A DNA stretch of 64,000 bases from Entomortierella parvispora E1425 (Eukaryota; Fungi; Mortierellomycota), in NCBI GenBank assembly GCA_020891255.1, contig BQFW01000010.1, positions 744,001-808,000 of the forward strand. The letters are read 5' to 3'. How positions within the stretch are numbered: the stretch's first letter is position 1; every line of letters begins with the position of its first letter. The notes below the pieces were generated by a model. That model was not told the origin of the DNA. It worked only from the letters and a program-made list of their open reading frames with translations, and ran no database searches. Below are positions 11,301 through 21,845 of the stretch, one piece after another. The position numbers and the translations under genes were made by a program.

Positions 11301-14300
11301 GCACTCTACCAGAGATGCACGTGTTCTTGGATGTTCCTGAGGGCACGACTATTTATCGCAGACCAAGGACGTTTGCTGAACAGCAACAGCATATTTTCGA
11401 CGAACAAGTTGACAAATGGCTTAAAGATGGAGTTATCACACTTGCTCCGGCCAACAATCGGCACAATAACACGCTAACTCTCGCGGCCAAGAAAGATCTC
11501 CTCGGCAATAAAACGAAATGGCGGGTTTGCCTAGACCCACGTCCTCTGAACAAATTATTAAAGGATGACAACCATCCAGTACCATTAATATCGGACATCT
11601 TACAACAGATAGGTGGCCACATGATTTATACAACGCTCGATTTGACACAAGCATATCACCGGTTACCTATCGAAGCAGGACATCAACCACTCACTGCATT
11701 CATGCACCGAGGAACTCAATATATGTTCCGACGAGCTCCATTCGGACTTAAGCCACTGTCAAGCATATTCCAACGCGGAATGACACGCATCTTGGGGGAC
11801 TTGCCCTTTGTCCTGGTGTTCATTGACGACATCGTTATTTTCTCCAAGACCAAGGAAGAGCATGCAGCGCACGTCAAGTGTGTAATCGAACGCCTAACAG
11901 AGGCAAAGCTTATTAGCTTATTATCAACCCAGAAAAATCACACTTCTCAACACAGATTGTACTCCTCGGCTTTGTTATCGACTTGGCTGGAAAACGGGTA
12001 GATCCTACCAAGCTAGCCAATATCGACCAGTGGGTTCCACCAACCACAGGCACTCAAATTCAGTCCTACATGGGCACATTCAATTTCTTCCAAGAATTCA
12101 TCCCGCTGTTCAGTACATTGGCAGCGCCACTGGATAAGCTGAGGCATGAAACAAAAGCGTTCAAACTCAATGCAGACGAACTCGATGCTTTCAATACATT
12201 CAAGAAACTGCTAAGCCATGCACCAATCTTGCACTTCCCTGACTTCGGTCTGCCGTTCTACGTCGCCACTGACGCATCCAACGTAGGCATTGCATCGGTC
12301 CTTTACCAGAAAGTCAGGAATGAATCCAAGAAAAAATGGGAGAACAGATACATATCCTTCATGGCACGCTCTCTACAAGACAGAGAACGACGGTATTCAG
12401 CCACACAAAAAGAATTGCTAGGAATCGTGTTTGCACTCACGAAATTCCACTACTACCTCTGGGGAAGACACTTTACACTGTATACAGATCACCGAGCACT
12501 TACGTTCATTCACTCGCAGAAAGAGTTAAACTCCATGCTCACTGGCTGGCATGAAACAATCCTGAGTTATGACTTTACGGTCGAATACCGACCTGGAGTG
12601 ATGAATGTGTTGCCAGATCACTTGTCTAGACTGTTCCCAGCCTCCATCCAGACTCGCTACGACTCCAACCATGGGCACATAGTCAACGCTTACATGCACA
12701 TCATGCAAAACAAAAGACACAATGTTAGAAGTCGTTCATGGCAAAAAGAAGCAGGACGATATATTGTACAAAACCCACGCCCTCGGCCACCTTGGAGCGA
12801 ATGCAATGGTCCGGTCTATACATGCGGAACAATACACATGGCCCCATCTCACAGATGACTGCTTGAATTGGGTTAAGAAATGCTCGGAATGTCAGAAGTA
12901 CAATATTAGTATCAAAGGCTATCATCCATTAAAAGCTATCCACGCAAACCTGCCAGGAGATCATATGGCTATGGATTTAGCGGGACCGTTCAAACTCTCA
13001 AAGAAAGGCAATGAAATCCTTCTTATCGTAGTCGACGTATGCACACGCTTCGTCTTCTTAAGAGCGCTCCCTGATAAACAAGCAAACACTGTCGCTAAAG
13101 CCCTGTTTGATATATTTTGTACCGTTGGCTTTCCTCGCGTTTTACAATCCGATAACGGCAGGGAATTTGTGAACCAAGTCATGCTTGCAATGACCTCTGA
13201 ATTTAACGTTGACCACCGGCTACTTACGCCGTATCACCCTCGAGGAAACGGCGTTGCTGAACGACATGTCAAAGTCGCAGTCGACATCCTCAAGAAAGAA
13301 CATCATCAGAAACAAGATACTTGGGACCTTCATGTACCCATGGCACAGCTTGCAATGAATACAAGAATCGTTGCTCTCCATAATTCATCACCGTTCTCTC
13401 TCTTCTTCGCTCGCAAGGCCAATGGCTTCCAAAATTACTCCAAATCTACCAAGAACGTCATGACCCACAAGCAGCTCTGTGATCGTCTCGCATACATGAC
13501 TGAAATTGTCTTTCCAGCGATTGACAAGAAATCAGAAGAGACTCAAAAGAAAATGATCGCCCGATTCAATGCCACAGTTCTGCATAATGAATTCCCTGAT
13601 GGCGCAAAAGTCATGACACTTGATCCCATCCGCGGTAATAAACTTACGCCACGGTATGAAGGCCCGTACACAGTAGTGCGCCGCACGACCGGTGGATCTT
13701 ATGAGCTCAGAGATGGTACAGGCGAGTCGCTCAGTCGCAACTATGCCCCATCCCAGCTCAAACTCGTACTCGAGGATTTAAATACGCTGCCTATATTCGA
13801 GATCGAGTACATTCTCGACCACCGTCCTCATCCTTCTCGAAAGGGGGGAGTGGGAATACAAAGCAAAATGGGCTGGCTACTCCAAAGATGACTACACTTG
13901 GGAACCTGAAGAAAACTTTATTGAAAAACAATGTATCAGAGAATACTGGCAACTTCTCAAAGAAAATAAGCGACCACAGGATCAAAGATCGAAGAGATAC
14001 CAAACGAGAACGAGGAACTAAAACGCTACTACGCAAAGAAGACCTAACAGGCAAAGAGGTTTTTTACCACATGGTTTTCCTCAAAGACAAGAGGTTTTTC
14101 ACTTTTCCTCAACCATAACATTTTCATAGAGGTTTTATTTTTTACCCTCTCACTGACCAGTAGTGTCAACCCGCGCTTCGCTCTCCATGGGAGGGGAAGT
14201 TCTGTCGCATAATTTGGTGGCGCAGCGGCAAATGATGCTGCTGGCAGCAAGGCACAGTCACGGAGGCAACGGTCAGGATAATATCCTGACCGGTTCAATA

Positions 14301-14353
14301 AAACAGAGATCCCTCTCTTATTCTCACTGACTCCGTGTGCCATATACTTTTCA
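8372..14353 (+). mobile_element. Ty3/gypsy chromovirus, family D, inserted in E2 pol
   Basis: Identical 151-bp LTRs 8372-8522 and 14203-14353 (TGTCGCA…TTTTCA). TSD AATAC. PPT GGGAGGGGAAG just before the 3' LTR. Confidence 0.95.
9024..14021 (+). pseudogene. Single-ORF gag-pol of D, broken by frameshifts
   Basis: Zinc knuckles (CDKCNKNGNH, CDYCNKLGHKKDAC), LIDSGA, FIDD, ATDAS, integrase, chromodomain. 8-bp duplication at 11908-11923 plus homopolymer shifts. Confidence 0.88.
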
Positions 14354-15633
14354 AATACGATCGATAAGGTCTTCAGCGTTCTCGACTCGAAGTACTTCGT
14401 CGATTTCTGCGACTGTGAGTGAACGGAGCGAGATCGGCATCGGCAGGATGGCGTCGTACACTGGACCCTCCTCCCCTTCAGGAGTATGCATACGGGAGAG
14501 AGCGTCGGCAGCGCCATTGTGTACACCAGGGCGATAAGCAAGGACCACCTTAAACTTGGACAGGCGTTCGGCATAGCGGATCTGGCGCTCACTTAGAGCA
14601 CGCTTCTCAGAGAAGTACTCGAGGTTCTTGTGGTCTGTAAGGACAAGAGCAGGGTGTTCAGAGTAGGCAAAATAATGGCGCCAGTACTCCAGACCCTCGA
14701 TTACAGCCAATAACTCGGTGTCATGGATATGATAATTCCGCTCCGGCGGCGTCAGAGACCGAGAGAGGAAAGCAACAGGATGAAGCACACCCTTATCATC
14801 AGGCTGGCTACACACATTGCCGAGAGCAAACTTGGAGGCATCTGGTTCCAAAACACAAGGACGAGAGGGATCAAAGTGAACCAGCATTGGTTCAGAACAA
14901 AACGCGAGTTTGAGGGCCTCAAACGCGGCTTGAGCGGCAGAGTCCCACTTGAAGGGGACGTCTTTCTTGAGGTAGCGCGTCATTGGTCCCACTAACTTTG
15001 AGAAATCCTTGATGAAGCGACGATAGAAATTGGCAAAACCAAGGAAGACCTGGATATCTCGAACACAGGTGGGAACAGCCCAAGAGGTGATGACAGCGAC
15101 CTTGGCAGGATCCATGGAGACTCCTTCAGGCGAGATAACGTAGCCAAGGAACTCCACTTTTTCAACACCAAACTCGCACTTTTCAAGGTTGACTTGAAGC
15201 TGAGCATCAGACAGGAGCTGCAAGACACGGCGTACATCGGCAGTGTGAGTTGCCTTGTCTTGAGAGTAAATCAGGATGTCGTCCAGGTAAATGACCACGA
15301 CTGTGTCCAAACATTCACGTAAGACATCGTTGAGAAATGCTTGGAACGTAGCGGGGGCGTTACAAAGACCAAAGGGCATGACCAGGAACTCAAAATGGCC
15401 ATAACGCGTCCTAAACGCCGTTTTCCATTCGTGTCCTTTGGCAATGCGGATTAAATTATATGCACCCTTCAGATCGAGCTTGGTAAAGATCTTTGCCTTT
15501 CGGAGACGCTCCAAGGTCTCTGAGATGAGCGGCAAGGGGCATCGGTTCTTGATAGTTAACTTGTTGAGTGCGCGATAGTCCACACACATACGCAACTCGT
15601 TATTTTTCTTGGGTACAAAGAGGACAGGACCGC

Positions 15634-16143
15634 TGTGGTGTTGCTACAATGGGTTGGGGATCGGTCGTAGCTCAAGGAGAGAGGGGCTGGTCACAAGTGA
15701 TCAAGGGAAAGGGGATTGCTTGCGAGGGGGAGGATAGACGTTGCAGGATCTCACTGTCTAAACTGTGTGAACCAAGTATCAATAAAGATCTCAGTCGGGT
15801 GGAAGCTCAAGACTTGAACGAAGGCAAGCTTGATCGGCAGAACAGGGTCTGTGATATCCAAAGGTAAAGGGGGGGGGAGGAGGTTAGACTAGCTACTAAT
15901 AGTCTCAGCAATCGGAATTAAGGCGTCGATCTTGCTGCTGCTGCAAAGGGGATATCGGGCAGGAAGTGGGGGGGGGGGGATGTGTATGTGTTCTGTAACG
16001 ATCAAACAAAAGCAAACGAAAAAGTAGGGAAGGAAGCGACCCAGAGCAATTACTGCTCTGAACACGAAATTATATTAACGCAATCTTTTAAGGGTATCTA
16101 AACTGACTTCTACAAATGTGTGATCCGTATCTACTACACCACA
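15634..16143 (-). repeat. Solo LTR-B in E2 RT
   Basis: Full-length match to 749-1257. Flanks CCGC / CGCA, followed by ~94 nt of unassigned DNA. Confidence 0.9.
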
Positions 16144-17646
16144 CGCAATAAAAACTATCGCCCTTCGCGAAAGGATTACAAAGCATTCACAGCTGGCCCG
16201 CCCTGATTTTGTTGAAGCAATGTAGTGATCAAAGGAAGCGTTGGCAGGGGATTCAGAGTGACGGATGAAACCCTTTTTCAAGTTATCGTCAAGGAACTCT
16301 CGAAGAGCTTCCAGCTCCTTTTCCGAGAGGTTATACAAGGGACCAAAGGGGGCAGTAGCATCCGGTTCGAGAGGGATCGTGTGATCAAAAGGGCGATGAG
16401 GCGGCAGGGTGCCAGTCGCGCGATCTTTAAAAAGAGCATCAAAGTCAGCATACTCCGGGGGCAATACAGGGACAGATTTTTATTCAACAGAATTCAGGGA
16501 CAAGGAAGGATCAGAATGCTCGCGGAGCACCTCAAGATTGCGGCAAAACAAAGAAACGAGTTGTAATGAATACAAATCGTCAACAGAGAGGTCAGAAGAC
16601 TCTACATCAATAGAGTCAAGGTCAAGATCAAGATTGGTGAGAGACAGATCAGGAGAGTAGTGAGAAAGGCAACGTTTATTGCAGTGCTCGTCACGAAAGG
16701 AAACAAGGTGCTTTTTCCAGTGGATATGAGGGTTGTGGGTATGCAACCAATCAATTCCAAGGATGACAGCATGAGATTGGAGAGAGGTGACATGACAATT
16801 GAGCGTCTCATGATGGGTGTCTGAGATGGTAAAGCTCAATGGACAGGTCTTGGTGACGGGACCCGAGGTGCTTGGGGATCCATCAGCCATTTGTAGACGA
16901 ACTGGGCGGCCAAGGTCCGAGGTAGGGAGGGATAACTTCTTGACAAAGGCGGCGTCAATAAAAGATTTTTGTGCGCCCGAATCGAGGAGAGCGTTGGTTT
17001 TGATAGGAGGCCGGTCTGGGAGGTGGACAGTGATAGGGATGAGAAGACAATAACGAGGAGGCGGGGGCTGGCCCGGAGGGGTAGGTGCAGCAAGGACTTG
17101 GCCTAGGATCCAATCCTCGGTGGGATCTAGGCCGACTCGTTTTCCGAATCTGAACCGTTAAGGCCAGATTCAAAGGAGACCGCAGCGAGACGGGCCTTCT
17201 TGGCAGGACAGTCGCCAGCAAAGTGGTTCTTTCCTCCGCAGTAGAGGCAGAGCTTGTTATCACGGCGACGTTGTTTTTCCTCGGCGGTGATGTGTTTAAC
17301 ACGGACAGAATCAAGGTCCATGTCACCGGAGGAAGCGGCGGCGGCAGAGGTGGTAGCCATGGCAGTGGGCCTGCGGCCCCAATTGTTGTTGGAGTTTTGG
17401 TTGCGATGGCCAAAACGTTGGTCGCGTGTGCGCGAGACATGGTTCTGGTAGGCAGTGGAGGCAGCTGCCTGAGCTTCACGAAGGGTCTTGAGGTTGTGCA
17501 TCTGGGCCGTCAACAGAGACTTGACGTCGGAGGACAGACCATCCTTGAAACGGGCTAGAAGAGCAGCTTCGTTCCAACCTGACTGAGAGGCTAGAGGTTG
17601 GAACTTGGCGATGTACTCGGAGACGGTGCCGTTTTGGCGGAGACGG

Positions 17647-18684
17647 TGTGGTGTAGTAGATGTGGAGTCCCGGTCCACATCCATCGGAGTAGAGATATAT
17701 TTTCAGTAGCATTTATTATTTTGTATAGTTTCAGTTTTTTTTTTCTATAAAGAAGGGAGCAAAATCCATTTTGCTCCTGGTTGCCTTTTTCCTTTACGAT
17801 TCCTGCCAGTACACTTTTGTTGAACCCTTCAGAACACAAACACACATCCCCCCCTTCCTGCCCGATATCCCCTTTGCAGCAGCAGCAAGCTCGACGCCTT
17901 AATTCCGATTGCTGAGACTATTAGTAGCTAGTCTAAACCTCCTCCCCCCCTTACCTTTGGATATCACAGACCTATTGCGTTCTGTTGATCGACCTTGTAC
18001 ACTCACAAGTTACGATCTTCCCCATCCTCGACAAGTCCCGTCAAGAACCTCGGCCAACCAGTTCTCCGTGTCCTTGCTCACTTACGAGGTACCAACAATG
18101 TCTTGTCTCTTTTGAGTGGACTTGTACGATCTTGGCATCCCATCCTGAGGCCTTAACTGGCGCTTGGGCATCCTGAGGCCTTAACTGGTGCTTGGGAACC
18201 TCCCTTATCTTCTCGTCGCCTTCCCTCGAGTCCCTCCTGAACCCTCAGTTAGGCGGCCTTGTCCCTTTCCTGGATAGAATATTTCTGGCCGTGCTCTTAC
18301 TGATTAGATCCCTTCAATCCTCCCTTGTTGTTGTTGTTAGTTAGTATAGTACCTAGTGTTCGCCTCCGTAGTTGTTTATTCTCCTGTTTGGTTACCATTA
18401 GGACGTGCTTAGCTCATTGGTATGTCCTTATTAGTCTCCTTTCAGTTTCGTTCCTGCTTATATCGTGATCCTGTTGCTCATTCTCCTCCTCCTGTCTATC
18501 CAGTTCATTCTCTCGAGATTGTATCTAATCATATAGCAGTGCTGTGCTTGATCCTTGTGGCACAGAGAGCAAAGTCCCTATCATATGTAAGCAGCGAGCT
18601 TTGTTCGTTATTATTCTTTTCGTTATCATTTTCACCTCCAGCCTTTGCTGACGTTAGACTATACTTACTTTAGACAACATCACA
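17647..18684 (+). repeat. Solo LTR-A (long form, ~1,038 bp)
   Basis: TGTGGTGTAGTAGAT…GACAACATCACA. Same sequence as the LTRs flanking A1 and A2. Confidence 0.92.
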
Positions 18685-18747
18685 CCAGTCACGGAAGACT
18701 CTTAAACATCGGAGAAGTAAAAAAGGACTGCGACTCAGGACTGGCGT
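18685..18747 (-). repeat. 63-bp internal fragment of LTR-F
   Basis: Exact reverse complement of 21217-21279. Confidence 0.9.
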
Positions 18748-19786
18748 TGTGATGTTGTCTAAAGTAAGTATAGTCTAACGTCAGCAAAGGCTGGAGGTGA
18801 AAATGATAACGAAAAGAATAATAACGAACAAAGCTCGCTGCTTACATATGATAGGGACTTTGCTCTCTGTGCCACAAGGATCAAGCACAGCACTGCTATA
18901 TGATTAGATACAATCTCGAGAGAATGAACTGGATAGACAGGAGGAGGAGAATGAGCAACAGGATCACGATATAAGCAGGAACGAAACTGAAAGGAGACTA
19001 ATAAGGACATACCAATGAGCTAAGCACGTCCTAATGGTAACCAAACAGGAGAATAAACAACTACGGAGGCGAACACTAGGTACTATACTAACTAATAACA
19101 ACAACAAGGGAGGATTGAAGGGATCTAATCAGTAAGAGCACGGCCAGAAATATTCTATCCAGGGAAAGGGGACAAGGCCGCCTAACTGAGGGTTCAGGAG
19201 GGACTCGAGGGAAGGCGACGAGAAGATAAGGGAGGTTCCCAAGCACCAGTTAAGGCCTCAGGATGCCCAAGCGCCAGTTAAGGCCTCAGGATGGGATGCC
19301 AAGATCGTACAAGTCCACTCAAAAGAGACAAGACATTGTTGGTACCTCGTAAGTGAGCAAGGACACGGAGAAGTGGTTGGCCGAGGTTCTTGACGGGACT
19401 TGTCGAGGACGGGGAAGATCGTAACTTGTGAGTGTACAAGGTCGATCAACAGAACGCAATAGGTCTGTGATATCCAAAGGTAAGGGGGGGGAGGAGGTTT
19501 AGACTAGCTACTAATAGTCTCAGCAATCGGAATTAAGGCGTCGAGCTTGCTGCTGCTGCAAAGGGGATATCGGGCAGGAAGGGGGGGATGTATGTTTGTG
19601 TTCTGAAGGGTTCAACAAAAGTGTACTGGCAGGAATCGTAAAGGAAAAAGGCAACCAGGAGCAAAATGGATTTTGCTCCCTTCTTTATAGAAAAAAAACT
19701 GAAACTAAACAAAATAATAAATGCTACTGAAAATATATATCTACTCCGATGGATGTGGACCGGGACTCCACATCTACTACACCACA
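18748..19786 (-). repeat. Solo LTR-A, inverted relative to 17647-18684
   Basis: Reverse complement of 17647-18684 with only a handful of differences. Confidence 0.92.
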
Positions 19787-20854
19787 ACGGGAATTAAACA
19801 ACGGCATACTTTTGACGATGAAGGATGCAGTTCGGGAATCAGAATCTTGGATGGAAGGCAGGTTCATCGAACCACGGTCCAGCGCAATCTCAAGGACTTC
19901 GGGGTGAAGGCATGGGTCAAACCAAAGAAACCAAAACTTGAGCCGCATCAGCGACAAGCTCGGTATGCATTCGCTCGGCGACATGAGAAGTGGACGATTG
20001 ACCAATGGAAGAACGTAATGTTCTCAGATGAGTCGAGTATAAGTCGCATAGGGTCCTTCGGAAGACAGTACTTTTACTCCGATAGGGAGCACAAGCGTTC
20101 AGAGCCTCATCAAGTCAAGGAAACCAAGCAGAGTGGCGGAGGGAAAATTATGGTCTGGGGTTGCATGACCTACTACGGCCTTGGTGACCTTTCTTGGATC
20201 CCGGGAAAGATCAATTCGGATCAGTACATTACTGTGCTCAAGGATTATGTCCTCCAAAGTCGCGACTGGTTTGGCATGGACAGAGAGACATTCATCTTTC
20301 AGCAGGACAATGCCAGCATTCACACTGCGCGTATTATCAAAGACTATTTTTCAGAGCAACAACTCACCGTTTTGGAGTGGCCAGCCAATTCGCCGGACCT
20401 CAACCCTATAGAAAACCTCTGGGCAATCATAAAACGACAACTGGATGAGTGTAAAGTTCGCCCAAAGAACTTTGACGAGCTATGGGAGAATGTCCAACAA
20501 ATTTGGGAAAAAATAAGTTTGGAGGACATTCAGAATCTTTATGACAGTCTTCCCAATCGCATACAGCAAGTGCTAAAGCGTAAGGGAGGTCATTCTGACT
20601 ACTGAGGGGACCTCTATCAACGTTGCAGCAATAAAGGCAAAAAAATGCAAAAGTGATCAAGTGGACATGGGCGAATTGGGTGGCCATTCATTTCTCATTG
20701 CATTTATTGATCTGAACTCAAACCTAAACTAACTATGTGAAAAATACCAAGGAAACGTTAGTAGGGAGGGGGTAAGGTGAAACTAGATGGAGGGAATGCA
20801 AATGGCATTCATGTCGAAATCAGCAAATCATCTGATCATTTTTGCACAGCACTG
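19787..20854 (+). mobile_element. 5'-truncated Tc1 DNA transposon (DD34E); coding remnant 19787-20605
   Basis: Motifs FSDES, MVWGC, QQDNA, WPANSPDLNPIENLW, with 34 aa between the second D and E. Right TIR …TTTTGCACAGCACTG (Tc1-like CAGTGCTG) followed by TA at 20855-20856. Confidence 0.9.
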
Positions 20855-20993
20855 TATCAAAGGCTATCATCCATTAAAAGCTATCCACGCAAACCTGCCG
20901 GGAGATCATATGGCTATGGATTTAGCGGGACCGTTCAAACTCTCAAAGAAAGGCAATGAAATCCTTCTTATCGTAGTCGACGTATGCACACGC
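20855..20993 (+). pseudogene. Fragment of family-D integrase (target of Tc1 and LTR-B)
   Basis: Near-identical to ~12910-13048. Confidence 0.9.
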
Positions 20994-21717
20994 TGTGGTG
21001 TAGTAGATACAGATCACACATTTGTAGAAGTCACTTTAGATACCCTTAAAAGATAGCGTTAATATAATTTCGTGTTCAGAGCAGTAATTGCTCTGGGTCG
21101 CTTCCTTCCCTACTTTTTCGTTTGCCTTTGTTTGATCGTCATAGAACACATACACATCCCCCCCCACTTCCTGCCCGATATCCCTGTGATGTTTAGCACT
21201 AGGTATGGGGTTCAGGACGCCAGTCCTGAGTCGCAGTCCTTTTTTACTTCTCCGATGTTTAAGAGTCTTCCGTGACTGGCACCCGCCGGACTATAAAAGA
21301 CCTGCTGGTGCCTGTCTTTAATAAAACCCTCTCTTGTTCTCGTTGACTTCTATTGACTGTTATTGTTTGTAAGTAAGACCCCACGAGAATATCACAATCC
21401 CCTTTGCAGCAGCAGCAAGATCGACGCCTTAATTCCGATTGCTGAGACTATTAGTAGCTAGTCTAACCTCCTTCCCTCCCCCCTTACCTTTGGATATCAC
21501 AGACCCTGTTCTGCCGATCAAGCTTGCCTTCGTTCAAGTCCTGAGCTTCCACCCGACTGAGATCTTTATTGATACTTGGTTCACACAGTTTAGACAGTGA
21601 GATCCTGCAACGTCTATCCTCCCCCTCGCAAGCAATCCCCTTTCCCTTGATCACTTGTGACCCGCCCCTCTCTCCTTGAGCTACGACCGATCCCCAACCC
21701 CTTGTAGCAACACCACA
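20994..21717 (+). repeat. Solo LTR-B carrying a solo LTR-F
   Basis: LTR-B termini. Flanks ACGC / ACGT, but the right-hand DNA is not family D. Confidence 0.88.
21185..21396 (+). repeat. Solo LTR-F (212 bp)
   Basis: TGTGAT…ATCACA termini, 5-bp TSD ATCCC, internal TATAAAA and AATAAA. Confidence 0.85.
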
Positions 21718-21845
21718 ACGTAAACAATAATATGTTGTTTTGGGACTCAGCCAACAAAAACAAAATCAGTGATATGGGCGACAACAGTTGCTGGACTCAC
21801 TGCAGTGGATCAACCTCTGAACAATGGATCTAGAGTAACACTGGT

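Larger units (their letters stand above)
1368..17646 (-). pseudogene. Fragmented family-E host copy (E2): segments 1368-1737, 7725-8371, 14354-15633, ~16238-17646
   Basis: The segments are colinear with E positions ~2640-6330. Interrupted by E, D and a solo LTR-B; both ends replaced by foreign LTRs. Nonsense change (…LNSVE*) at ~16480. Confidence 0.9.

Noticed and set aside
7725-17646. RIP-like mutation of duplicated TE copies
   Set aside because: Differences between E and E2 are sparse and go in both directions, and copies remain highly similar. No directional CpA-to-TpA excess was evident by eye.
18141-18200. TGGCGC/TGGTGC in the 28-bp LTR repeat as extra PBS sites
   Set aside because: Only 6 nt of tRNA-like complementarity, located inside the LTR, and absent from the competent short LTR.
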